From an uncultured Eubacteriales bacterium (GTDB lineage: Bacteria > Bacillota > Clostridia > Christensenellales > UBA1242): a DNA stretch of 64,000 nt. The position numbers and the translations under genes are program-made. The notes under the pieces were generated by a model. It was not told the DNA's origin. It searched no databases and was given only the letters and a program-made list of their open reading frames with translations. Positions 55,861-64,000 of the stretch are shown piece by piece (positions within the stretch are counted from its first letter, which is position 1; every line of letters begins with the position of its first letter). The stretch spans positions 82,363-146,362 of the forward strand of contig CATLAM010000001.1 in NCBI GenBank assembly GCA_949878485.1, in the 5' to 3' direction.

Positions 55861-56633
55861 TATTTTGATGACACTTTTGTCTTAGGATTTTTCAAAACTG
55901 TAAGTTTGTCACTTTTTAAAATGTTTTGAATTTTAAAATTTTTATATTTCTTATTTTTACGGCTCTTCTTATCTTTGTGCAACTCATGTTCTGTCTTGTC
56001 TTTCTTTATAGACTTAGAACGAACAATAACAAACATATATCCAAACAACATAGTCAAAGCCCCAATCACCATTGCACTCCAGTGCGCTTCCACAAAAATT
56101 AAATTGCTTAAGAATGAAATGGCAAGAAGTTCACTTGGATTTGTTGCAGTGTCGCAACTCATAGACATATAAAGCAAAGCAAATCCAACTTCAATTAAAG
56201 GAAAGAAAATTCGCCAACTTGCATACCAATTTATTCTTACAAGCACAGTGACAATTGCAACAGCATACATAAAGAAGTTGATGGCACATTCTCCATTGAA
56301 GTTTGTGCTTTGTGTTATGGCAAACATTGACATATTTGTGAAAGGAACAGCAAATACAAAAATAAGCAAATACACAAACGAACCATAATGTCTTTCCAAA
56401 AACAAAGAAATCAAAAAGAAGAAAACCATGTTGCAAATCAAATGTATTAAACTGTTATGTTTAAAAGTGCTTAAAATCAAGTTCCAATATTTATTTTCAA
56501 TAAGTCCACCAATTTGAGAGTCGAGAAAAACAAAACACATACAAAATAATGTGATTAAACAAACAGTTGTCAAATAAAAATAATTTCTGTTGAACCATTT
56601 AAGTTCTTTTTGTTTAACATCAACAACTTTCAT
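55860..56633 (-). CDS. Rhomboid-family membrane protein (atypical active-site residues)
   Basis: The H-x4-H-x3-N motif (FKHNSLIHLICNM) followed by ERHYGS, and a TM6 AH motif (VEAHWSAMVIG). The expected GxSG position reads GECA. GGAGG SD. Confidence 0.6.
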   Translation of the reverse strand: MKVVDVKQKELKWFNRNYFYLTTVCLITLFCMCFVFLDSQIGGLIENKYWNLILSTFKHNSLIHLICNMVFFFLISLFLERHYGSFVYLLIFVFAVPFTNMSMFAITQSTNFNGECAINFFMYAVAIVTVLVRINWYASWRIFFPLIEVGFALLYMSMSCDTATNPSELLAISFLSNLIFVEAHWSAMVIGALTMLFGYMFVIVRSKSIKKDKTEHELHKDKKSRKNKKYKNFKIQNILKSDKLTVLKNPKTKVSSK

Positions 56634-56700
56634 GTTGCCTCCATAAAGAATTTTTGTTTTCAGACATTTAATAATAAAAACTATAAGGATTTATTATTAA

Positions 56701-56729
56701 ATTATAACATGATAAAAAATCGTTGTCAA
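56701..56729 (-). promoter_or_regulatory. Consensus sigma-A promoter of the rhomboid-like gene (TTGACA-17-TGtTATAAT)
   Basis: Minus strand has TTGACA (56724-56729), a 17-nt spacer ending in TGT and TATAAT (56701-56706). Confidence 0.6.
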
Positions 56730-56754
56730 GACCTTATATTCATCTAAAAACAGC

Positions 56755-56783
56755 AAAAATTGCATAAAAATATGCAATTTTTT
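56755..56783 (-). terminator. Terminator after plsC-like gene
   Basis: AAATTGCATA-AAAA-TATGCAATTT hairpin with T-runs. Confidence 0.6.
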
Positions 56784-56797
56784 CTTTTTTTGTTATA

Positions 56798-57589
56798 TTA
56801 TTCTGTTTTTAAACCAAATCCTCTGTCTTGACTATACCATTCTTCTGCTGTGTTTTTCGTTATAGTGTAAGTTTCATTCATTAATTTTTCAATCTGTTCT
56901 CTTTCACTTACAGACTTATCAATTTCAACAGACGGACAGACTTTTAAAGTCAAACGATATTTCAATTTCCCATTTCTTTTTTTCTTTGCACTAAACAAAA
57001 GCACAAGTGGTAAAACTGGAACATCATTCTTTACAGCAGTCACGAATGCTCCGCGCTTGAAAGGTCTGATTTCTCTGTAATAAAGCCACATATGAGATTC
57101 AGGATTAAATAAAACAGGTTTCCCCTTTTTAAGCAAATAACTTACATCATCATTAAATCTTCTCATTCCCGAAATGCTGGAGTTTGGAATAGGAATCCCG
57201 CCCAAAGTCCTAAGCCAAAATCCCACCATAGGTCTTTTAAAACTTCTGTCAATCCCAGTGAAATAAATTTTTCTAAAGAAACACAAATTTGTTCCAACAC
57301 TGACATCATCACAAATATGGACATGGTTTAAAGTCATTACAAAAGGTTTTTTCTTTAGTTTCTTATAATTTTCTTTACCAATGATTTTATATTTCCATTT
57401 AATTTTTATAAACAAATTTAAAATAGGTTTAGCAAACTTAATAAAACAAAACGACCAAAAACGAAACAAAACACTTCTTGGTCTGAAATTATAATGTTCA
57501 TCAAACTTCACTTTTCGTTTCTCATTCTTAATTGGTCTTGCAATTTCATCTGGATTATCTGGTCTGTCTATTCCGTCTTTATCAATCAT
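56798..57589 (-). CDS. 1-acyl-sn-glycerol-3-phosphate acyltransferase family (PlsC-like)
   Basis: The H-x4-D motif (NHVHICD), an FNPESH block corresponding to FPEG, and an N-terminal hydrophobic segment. AGGTGA SD. Confidence 0.7.
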   Translation of the reverse strand: MIDKDGIDRPDNPDEIARPIKNEKRKVKFDEHYNFRPRSVLFRFWSFCFIKFAKPILNLFIKIKWKYKIIGKENYKKLKKKPFVMTLNHVHICDDVSVGTNLCFFRKIYFTGIDRSFKRPMVGFWLRTLGGIPIPNSSISGMRRFNDDVSYLLKKGKPVLFNPESHMWLYYREIRPFKRGAFVTAVKNDVPVLPLVLLFSAKKKRNGKLKYRLTLKVCPSVEIDKSVSEREQIEKLMNETYTITKNTAEEWYSQDRGFGLKTE

Positions 57590-57712
57590 TCACTCACCTA
57601 TTAAATATGTTTATTATTTAAATTTTATATTATTTAACATTTTTTTGCAAGGAAATTTAAGCATAAATTAACTTTTGGCCAATTTTAATCATAATAACAA
57701 TTAGGAGTAATC

Positions 57713-59014
57713 ATGGAAAACTATTTTGGCACGGATGGAATCCGTGGAGAATATGGCAAAAACCTTACAGCAGATCTTGCTTTTGCTGTTGGGAATGCCC
57801 TTACACAAATAAAAAAACGACCAAAAGTCATAATTGGACACGACACTCGTGTTTCCGCAGATGCGCTTCTTTTGGCATTAAGTTCTGGCATAGTTCAAGG
57901 TGGTGGAAATGTAACAAGCGTTAAAACCATTCCAACAGCAGGCATATCCTATCTTGCAAAAGAAATGAAAATGGATTTTGGTATAATCATAACCGCTTCT
58001 CATAATCCACCGAATTACAATGGCATCAAAATTTTCAACAGTGACGGCAGAAAACTCAGTGTTTCCGAAGAAAACTTTTTGGAAGAATTTTTCAAAAACA
58101 ACTTTCTTTCATCAACTGCAGGAAAGTTTGCAGAAAATAAAAATCTCCAGAATCACTATATTCAACACCTTTGTTCCAGCGTTGACACAAAATTTGATAA
58201 TCTGAAAATTTGCATAGATGCCAGCAATGGTGCATCATATTCCATTGCACCAAAAGTGTTTAACATGCTTGGGGCAACTGTTCACAAAACTGCTTGCCAT
58301 AATGATGGAAATAAAATCAATTGCGATTGTGGTTCCCTTCACACTGAAAATTTGATTAAAAAAGTTATTGCCACCAATTCAGACATCGGGTTTGCTTACG
58401 ACGGAGATGCTGACCGTGTTATTGCAGTTGATGAAAAAGGTAATGTTTTTGACGGAGATAAACTGCTTTACATTTTGGCAACTTACATGAAAGACCAAGG
58501 CACGCTTTATGCAAATTCAGTTGTCGGAACAAGTCACACCAACAGTGGCATAATGGTGGGACTTAATCATCATAAAATAAATTTAATCCGCACCGACATC
58601 GGAGATAAATATGTCATAGAAGCCATGGAAAAAATGAACTTATCTCTTGGCGGAGAGCAATCAGGACACATCATCATCCGAGAATTGTCACAAACTGGCG
58701 ACGGCGTTTTGACCTCCTTAAAAATTTGTGAAATCTTGAAAAAAACAGGAAAAACCTTGTCAGAACTTTTTGACGCAAAAATTACACCACAAACAAACAT
58801 CAACATGCTTGTTAAAGACAAAATAAAAATTTTAAACAATGAAGGTTTAAACAACCTTATCAACAAAATAATAAGTGAAACATCCCCTGCTGGCAGAGTT
58901 ATGGTCAGAGCCAGTGGAACAGAAGATTTAATAAGAATTATGGTGGAACTGCCACAAAAAGCCAAAGCAGACTTTTATGCCAATCAAATTAAAAAATATA
59001 TTGAAAAGATTTAA
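57713..59014 (+). CDS. glmM: Phosphoglucosamine mutase
   Basis: FGTDGIRG N-terminus, active-site TASHNP, a DGDADR Mg-binding loop and a GEQSGH sugar-binding loop. AGGAG SD. Confidence 0.92.
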   Translation: MENYFGTDGIRGEYGKNLTADLAFAVGNALTQIKKRPKVIIGHDTRVSADALLLALSSGIVQGGGNVTSVKTIPTAGISYLAKEMKMDFGIIITASHNPPNYNGIKIFNSDGRKLSVSEENFLEEFFKNNFLSSTAGKFAENKNLQNHYIQHLCSSVDTKFDNLKICIDASNGASYSIAPKVFNMLGATVHKTACHNDGNKINCDCGSLHTENLIKKVIATNSDIGFAYDGDADRVIAVDEKGNVFDGDKLLYILATYMKDQGTLYANSVVGTSHTNSGIMVGLNHHKINLIRTDIGDKYVIEAMEKMNLSLGGEQSGHIIIRELSQTGDGVLTSLKICEILKKTGKTLSELFDAKITPQTNINMLVKDKIKILNNEGLNNLINKIISETSPAGRVMVRASGTEDLIRIMVELPQKAKADFYANQIKKYIEKI

Positions 59015-59017
59015 AAT

Positions 59018-59045
59018 AAAAGGCACATTAAACAGTGCCTTTTTC
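59018..59045. terminator. Terminator between glmM and the convergent MarR-GNAT gene
   Basis: AGGCAC-ATTAAACA-GTGCCT hairpin with an A-run before and a T-run after. Confidence 0.65.
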
Positions 59046-59050
59046 GTTTG

Positions 59051-59959
59051 TTAAATTTTCTTAGCCAATTCTAAATGCAATTCTTCAAATCCAATATGTT
59101 TATAAAACCCAATTGCTTCATCATTTTTAAAATCGCACTTAACTCTTATGTGATGGATGTCGGCTTTGATGTAATAATCGATAAAGTTTTCCACCAAAAG
59201 TCTGCCAACACCTTGCCCACGATAATCTTCTTTAACAAAAATCTCATCCAGTTTAGCCACTTTTTCAATCAGATAAGTTTCTTCCATAACATAACTATTT
59301 AAAAACCCGACTGCCTTTACGCCATCAAAAGCCAAAAAGACTTTGCCATTTTTAAGTGCCAATTTCATATCATTTTTACCATAACTTGAAAATGACCATT
59401 CTTCCATAATGTTATTGTCAAAGTTTTCAATTTCATATGAATAAAGTTGATTTCTGAAATCTTGACAAAGTTTTAAGTCCTTACTTGTTGCTTGTCTGAT
59501 TGTGATGTCATTTGGTGTGACTACTTTTTCTTTCTTTTCAATTTTCTTTTCGTTTATCACCTGCAATTTTTTCACAAGCACACCATCATCCAAATCAGTT
59601 AAGTCTTTCTTGATGTCATTCATGATGTTTTCATCAAATTGTTTGTTGTCATAGAAATCAAAAAACTTTTGAGTTGGAACAAGTATGTATTTTCTGCCGT
59701 CTTTCTTCAACTTTTCTTTTTTAATAAAACCTTTCTTTATAAGTTGCTTAACTTTGTAAGTGGCATTTGGTGAAGAAATTTCTAAGAATTGTGCAAACTG
59801 AGTTATTGTTGGTTTATCCATAAGATAAATGCATTCCAAACAAAAATACTCAGTTGAAGTCAAAACTTCTTCTTTGTCATTCATGCGCTTGAACATATTT
59901 TTATAAAACAACAACTTGAAATTTTTAGTTATGTTTGCAAACTTATTTTTAATATTCAT
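59051..59959 (-). CDS. MarR-type wHTH fused to a GNAT N-acetyltransferase
   Basis: The N-terminal wHTH (TITQFAQFLEISSPNATYKVKQLIKKGFI) is joined through a K/E linker to a GNAT domain with motif A RGQGVGRLL. GAGGT SD. Confidence 0.7.
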   Translation of the reverse strand: MNIKNKFANITKNFKLLFYKNMFKRMNDKEEVLTSTEYFCLECIYLMDKPTITQFAQFLEISSPNATYKVKQLIKKGFIKKEKLKKDGRKYILVPTQKFFDFYDNKQFDENIMNDIKKDLTDLDDGVLVKKLQVINEKKIEKKEKVVTPNDITIRQATSKDLKLCQDFRNQLYSYEIENFDNNIMEEWSFSSYGKNDMKLALKNGKVFLAFDGVKAVGFLNSYVMEETYLIEKVAKLDEIFVKEDYRGQGVGRLLVENFIDYYIKADIHHIRVKCDFKNDEAIGFYKHIGFEELHLELAKKI

Positions 59960-60133
59960 TCTTACCTCGAAACTCTATATATTTTAACATCAAACTAAAA
60001 TAAAACCAAGTGTTTTAAACAAATATTTTACTAAATGGTAAGAATTGTTATAATAAAATTTATTAATGCAAATTTAAAAAATCCATTGCATTTTTTAAAT
60101 AAAAATGTTAACATAAAAGTGCTTGAAAAATAA

Positions 60134-60208
60134 GGCCCCTTGGTCAAGCGGTTAAGACGTCGCCCTCTCACGGCGAAATCATGGGTTCGATTCCCGTAGG
60201 GGTCACCA
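60134..60208 (+). tRNA. tRNA-Glu (anticodon CUC), CCA encoded
   Basis: The cloverleaf was folded by hand. Acceptor stem GGCCCCT/AGGGGTC, D-arm GTCAAGCGGTTAAGAC, anticodon stem TCGCC/GGCGA with loop CTCTCAC, T-arm ATGGG-TTCGATT-CCCGT, discriminator A and CCA. Confidence 0.9.
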
Positions 60209-60240
60209 AATAAAAACTGTGCCGTTGGCTCAGTTTTGAA

Positions 60241-60285
60241 AAACAAGTTTCAAAACATTTCGCTTTGAAACTTGTTTTTTCTTTT
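60241..60285 (+). terminator. Rho-independent terminator after the tRNA
   Basis: Perfect 14-bp stem AAACAAGTTTCAAA / TTTGAAACTTGTTT with a 9-nt loop and a T-run. Confidence 0.8.
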
Positions 60286-60415
60286 TCGCGACCAAACGAA
60301 ATTTATTTTAAAGATCAATTTGTCGCGACTTTAAATTTAAACATTTATCTATTCAAGCGGTATTACTCTGTAAATAAAAACGCTCTACATTTTAATTAAC
60401 CCAGTTATGTCAGTC

Positions 60416-60933
60416 TTAATAGTTTTCTGGATTGATAACTTTTAAACTACAGTCATGATCTTTAGCAAAATAAACTGTTTTTCTTGTTCCGCTTGGTTTG
60501 CCATTCCAACACGCTATACAAACACTTGAATTTTTAACATATACAAATTTCTTTCATTCATACAATTTGCTGTGTAATGTTTACATAAAATAATCTTATC
60601 ATCACATTGTTCAAGAATGTGATGATATCTTTTTTGTTGCTGTGGTTTCCATTTCAACTCTTGCCCTAAACATGGGACAACAGCCACAATCTTAATATGA
60701 TAGTGTGTTTTTCGTAATTCAATCAAAATTTCAGCACCAATCATATCAAAACCTTCCGCCATGCCAGTCAGAAAAGTGTTTATTACATATCTAATTGCTC
60801 CAGAAAAAACTTCTTTGCATTTTTCTTTAAATTTTTTGCAACTCTCTTTACTTTCTTCATAACCCCATGGCAAACTCCTAGGTCTATGCCCCGTCAAACA
60901 TGCAGTTTCTGCTTTAATAATGTTTATAAACAT
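60416..60933 (-). pseudogene. SLOG/DUF1273-family gene interrupted by a 1-nt frameshift
   Basis: Frame 1 (AGGAGA SD, ATG 60933) reads MFINIIKAETACLTGHRP...NERNLYMLKIQVFV*, with its stop at 60514. A shifted frame then continues VKNSSVCIACWNGKPSGTRKTVYFAKDHDCSLKVINPENY*, with its stop at 60416-60418. This second piece is the conserved family C-terminus. Confidence 0.7.
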
Positions 60934-61081
60934 ATATTCTCCTATATTTAATGTTTTCACTAAATAATATACTACATAAAAATATAAAAATCAACAAAAT
61001 ACCCGTTTTCCCTTAAATAGTCAATCACTAAATTTAACTTATTATGACTATATAGTGAAAAAACTATATAAGGAGAAGATT

Positions 61082-61330
61082 ATGAAACTAAATAAAGCCT
61101 TTGCACTTAGAGTTAGAGAAGTTTTAAAAGAAAAAAAGATGACACAATATAAACTCGCACAAGAAACAGGCTTATATCACAGCACAATGACCGACATATT
61201 AAATTGTAAATATAAAACTTCAAATTTTAGAAACATGGCACTTATTATAAAAGCATTGGGAATGTCTATGACAGAATTTTTCAACAGTCCTTTATTTGAT
61301 TTTAATAATTTAGACATTAAAGAAAAATAA
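61082..61330 (+). CDS. XRE-family HTH protein
   Basis: MKLNKAFALRVREVLKEKKMTQYKLAQETGLYHSTMTDIL is an HTH_XRE pattern. The AAGGAGA SD favours ATG 61082. Confidence 0.75.
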   Translation: MKLNKAFALRVREVLKEKKMTQYKLAQETGLYHSTMTDILNCKYKTSNFRNMALIIKALGMSMTEFFNSPLFDFNNLDIKEK

Positions 61331-61365
61331 TAACAACATTTTTATTATAAAAAATGTAAAATAAA

Positions 61366-61572
61366 ATGAAAATTTATTGTGTCAGATTAAAAGAATTAAG
61401 AATTGAAAATGGTTACACGCAACAATTTGTTGCAGATTATTTAAAAATAGATCGTTCAAATTATAGTAAATATGAATTAGGTAAACTTGAAATTAATTTA
61501 GATATGTTGATTGAACTTGCAGATTTATACAAAGTTACAACTGATTATATCTTAGGCAGAACTGACATATAA
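61366..61572 (+). CDS. XRE-family HTH protein (68 aa)
   Basis: LKELRIENGYTQQFVADYLKIDRSNYSKYELGK...DYILGRTD is the classic Cro/CI-type HTH. Confidence 0.75.
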   Translation: MKIYCVRLKELRIENGYTQQFVADYLKIDRSNYSKYELGKLEINLDMLIELADLYKVTTDYILGRTDI

Positions 61573-61599
61573 CTTTTTACATAATAAAACACTATTTAT

Positions 61600-61628
61600 T
61601 TGACTAAAAATTCTATGCGTGATATAAT
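61600..61628 (+). promoter_or_regulatory. Near-consensus sigma-A promoter (TTGACT-17-TGaTATAAT) with a ~180-nt leader
   Basis: TTGACT at 61600-61605, a 17-nt spacer ending in TGA and TATAAT at 61623-61628. The next gene starts at 61815. Confidence 0.55.
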
Positions 61629-61814
61629 GTCTTTAAGTTATGTTTTGTTCAATCTGAAATTGCAGCTTATTTCTTGTCTATTGAAAAAATTGAAACATGA
61701 AATTTTTAAAGATTTAAAACAAAGCATCATCAATAAAATTTTTTGTGTAAATTCTTTATCTTTTAGGTTAAAAACATTAAAAAAACAAAAAATACACAAG
61801 AAAAGGAAAAAGTT

Positions 61815-62594
61815 ATGAAATTCTTTTACGACCATTTCACCGTGGACCAAGTTGGTGCATATACATGGCAACATTTTTTAATCATGGGAATTTTCATTGT
61901 TGCTTTGATTGTTGCACTTTATTTTTCACGCAAATTTGATGAAAAACAATCAAGGAAAATAATGTTTATCATTGCCATAGTTGTCACCGTTATGGAAATT
62001 ATTAAAATTATTTTGCGTCTGATTAAAGGAAGTTCACTTGATGGTTATTTACCGCTTTATTTTTGCAGTCTGTTTATTTATTGTTTATGGCTTACTTTTT
62101 GCAAAAATAATTTTCTTAAAACTATGGGATATTCTTTCATAATTTTCGGCGGAATAGTTGGAGCAATGATGAACACTTTAATTCCAACAACTTCACTTAT
62201 GATGCATCCTGCTTGGCACCCTGCCACCATTCACAGTTTTTTCTATCACTGGCTTATGCTTTACACAGCAATCTTGGTGATTATGAAAAAACTTTACATA
62301 CCAAAAGCAAAACACTTTTTACACTATTTTGTTTTAATAACTGTGTTTTCAGTTGCTGCATTCATCATCAACATTTTCTGCGGAAGCAACATGATGTTTC
62401 TTGGAAACCCATATGGACTGCCCGCTTTTGTAAAATCCATCTACGAATTTTCACCATACTTGTTTGCTTTTCTTTCTTACTTTGCTCAAACATTCTTGCT
62501 TTACTGGGCGTGTTTCGGAATCTACAAACTGGTGCAATGGATTGTAACAATAATTAAAACCAAAAAGGAAAACAAAAAAAATGAACTTGCATAA
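61815..62594 (+). CDS. Integral membrane protein, TIGR02206 (YwaF-like) family candidate
   Basis: Seven or eight hydrophobic helices. The size and N-terminus resemble the YwaF-type family; the assignment is from memory and tentative. Confidence 0.5.
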   Translation: MKFFYDHFTVDQVGAYTWQHFLIMGIFIVALIVALYFSRKFDEKQSRKIMFIIAIVVTVMEIIKIILRLIKGSSLDGYLPLYFCSLFIYCLWLTFCKNNFLKTMGYSFIIFGGIVGAMMNTLIPTTSLMMHPAWHPATIHSFFYHWLMLYTAILVIMKKLYIPKAKHFLHYFVLITVFSVAAFIINIFCGSNMMFLGNPYGLPAFVKSIYEFSPYLFAFLSYFAQTFLLYWACFGIYKLVQWIVTIIKTKKENKKNELA

Positions 62595-62607
62595 GTTCAT
62601 TTTTTTG
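62581..62607. terminator. Bidirectional terminator
   Basis: ATGAACTT-GCAT-AAGTTCAT hairpin with an A-run before and a T-run after. It lies between the convergent 61815-62594 gene and rpe. Confidence 0.7.
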
Positions 62608-62617
62608 TTAAATTTTC

Positions 62618-63280
62618 TCAGCCTTTCAATTTCAAAACAGCGTCTTTTCTGTTCTTGCTGTTGAAGATGTAATTCCCACTGACCAAAATGTCTACTCCGC
62701 AGTCGGCAAGCATCTTGGCATTTTCAGGTGTAACACCCCCATCAAATTCAATTTTGAACAACAAATTATTCTCGCTTCTAAACTTATCAAGTTCTTTGAC
62801 CTTATCAATTGTGCTTTCGATAAGTGACTGACCACTTGCACCAGGAACAACACCCATAACTAAAACTATGTCACAATTAAAAACGAATTGTCTAACCTGT
62901 GAAAAAGTTGTGTCAGGATTAATTGCCATTCCTGCAAGAGTTTGATGTTGCTGAATATATTTCAGTGTCTTTACCAACTCTTCTTTATCTTCAAATGCTT
63001 CATAATGCACAGAAATTATGTCCGCACCTGCATCAACATATTTTGGAATGTCATTTGCAGGTTCGTTGACCATAAGATGAACATCCAACATAATCAAACT
63101 GTTGCGGTTTATGTTTTTCAAAAGGCCATAGTCATAACTATTTTTACCTGCAAAGTTTTCGTTTGTTATGTCACAATGTAAAAACTCTGCCACACCTTGC
63201 ATTTGTTTGGCATATTCAATTATGTTTTGATAGTCACTGATTGGTAAAGTTGAAACACTTACATCCACATTTCTTTTCAT
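62618..63280 (-). CDS. rpe: Ribulose-phosphate 3-epimerase
   Basis: LHCDI, LDVHLMV, MGVVPGASGQ and FDGGV motifs. AAGGAG SD. Placement downstream of rsgA is typical of Firmicutes. Confidence 0.88.
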   Translation of the reverse strand: MKRNVDVSVSTLPISDYQNIIEYAKQMQGVAEFLHCDITNENFAGKNSYDYGLLKNINRNSLIMLDVHLMVNEPANDIPKYVDAGADIISVHYEAFEDKEELVKTLKYIQQHQTLAGMAINPDTTFSQVRQFVFNCDIVLVMGVVPGASGQSLIESTIDKVKELDKFRSENNLLFKIEFDGGVTPENAKMLADCGVDILVSGNYIFNSKNRKDAVLKLKG

Positions 63281-63325
63281 AAGAATGCTCCTTATAAACT
63301 AAGTTTAACAAAAATAAACTTAAAA

Positions 63326-64000
63326 TCAAAATCTTTTTATGCTTTTAATCGTATTATATAATTTTAAATAATTTTCATAACGCAATTTATCAATTTTGCC
63401 ACTCTTTACAGCAGAACAAACTCCACAATCTTTTTCGCTTAAATGATTGCAAGATTTATATTTGCAGTTGTGGGAAGGTTGAATAAATTCAAAGAAATAT
63501 TTTTTTACTTCGTCTTCTTCCAAATTTAACAAGTTTTCGTCAAGTTTGGAAAATCCTGCTGTGTCAGCCAAATATTGACCTTTTCCAAATTTAAATAAAC
63601 TCACTGTTCTGGTGGTTTGTTTTCCGCGTTCAATTTTCTTGCAAAAGTCGCCAACCACAGCAACATCTTCTTTTTTAAGAGCATTTATAATGGACGATTT
63701 TCCAACGGCACTTTGCCCAGCAAGCACACAAACTCCATTAATTTCTGCTTTTATTTTCTCAACACTTTCATCTAAAGTGGAAAAAATCAGCACTTTTGTC
63801 AATTTATTATATGTTTTTTCAATGTTTTCACAAAATTTTAAATCCAAATCGCTTTTGTTAATACACAAAACAGGCTGAATGTCCGACAAAGCACAAAAGA
63901 TTAAAAGTTTGTCCACCAAATATAAATCTGGTTTTGGCACAGGTGCAATCACAATAAACATTTTGTCAATGTTTGCCACAGGTGGACGAACAAGGACATT
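63326..64000 (-). CDS. rsgA: Ribosome small-subunit-dependent GTPase A (RsgA), 5' end beyond the right edge
   Basis: The frame stays open to the window edge (NVLVRPPVANIDKMFIV...). G1 GQSAVGKSSIINAL, DTAGF and a C-terminal zinc knuckle CKYKSCNHLSEKDCGV. Confidence 0.88.
   Translation of the reverse strand, partial: NVLVRPPVANIDKMFIVIAPVPKPDLYLVDKLLIFCALSDIQPVLCINKSDLDLKFCENIEKTYNKLTKVLIFSTLDESVEKIKAEINGVCVLAGQSAVGKSSIINALKKEDVAVVGDFCKKIERGKQTTRTVSLFKFGKGQYLADTAGFSKLDENLLNLEEDEVKKYFFEFIQPSHNCKYKSCNHLSEKDCGVCSAVKSGKIDKLRYENYLKLYNTIKSIKRF

Noticed and set aside
60031-60246. Minus-strand 71-aa ORF overlapping the tRNA locus.
   Set aside because: It is the reverse complement of the tRNA-Glu and its flanks. 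The tRNA cloverleaf explains the sequence.
60209-61600. Possible intact prophage or integrative element at tRNA-Glu.
   Set aside because: No integrase, recombinase, structural or replication genes are present. No direct repeat of the tRNA 3' end is seen in the window. Only a remnant hypothesis is retained, at low interest.
61600-61818. 72-aa K-rich ORF in the leader upstream of the YwaF-like gene, ending in an ATGA overlap.
   Set aside because: Its ATG codons lie upstream of or inside the predicted -10 box. It has no SD. The lysine-rich tail simply reflects an A-rich leader. It is kept only as part of the leader observation.
1-64000. CRISPR arrays, rRNA genes, IS elements, retron or DGR-type reverse transcriptases, and toxin-antitoxin pairs.
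   Set aside because: No regularly spaced direct repeats, no transposase, integrase or RT motifs and no rRNA-like conserved stretches were seen. The two XRE genes have no adjacent toxin-like partner.

Overview
AT-rich (about one-third G+C by eye) chromosomal segment from an endospore-lineage Firmicute, probably Clostridia-like. Recognisable genes are uvrA and uvrB, spoIIID, a SpoIIQ-like M23 peptidase, a SpoVB/MurJ-type flippase, pth-mfd, cca, ppdK, engB, glmM, rpe-rsgA and one tRNA-Glu(CUC). There are about 50 protein genes, nearly all on the minus strand up to ~46.7 kb. No rRNA, CRISPR array, transposase or integrase was seen. The main feature is one uninterrupted 20,184-nt ORF (7127-27310, minus strand) that fills a third of the window. 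It encodes a 6,727-aa giant surface protein with an N-terminal lipobox. The protein has six GLUG-type (GGLVG-repeat) beta-helix modules separated by Ig-like spacers, then a different repeat set, a Gly-rich tract and a distinct terminal domain. A RadC-like JAB gene follows 34 nt later with no terminator between them. Other observations: (1) ten genes lack a Shine-Dalgarno and carry a -10 hexamer 6 nt (8 nt in one case) before the ATG, which suggests leaderless mRNAs; (2) uvrA and uvrB are separated by an ABC exporter yet share a near-identical upstream block without a Cheo box; (3) a SLOG/DUF1273 gene next to the tRNA is frameshifted at a homopolymer; (4) two tandem DUF3419 (BtaA-like) paralogs each have a copy of the same promoter; (5) a 54-aa LysM ORF is missing from the ORF track; (6) spoIIID has a sigma-E-type promoter; (7) there is a truncated, degenerate GlmU-like gene and a rhomboid-like gene with Cys at the expected catalytic Ser position. 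All family assignments come from motifs read by eye. No database search was run.
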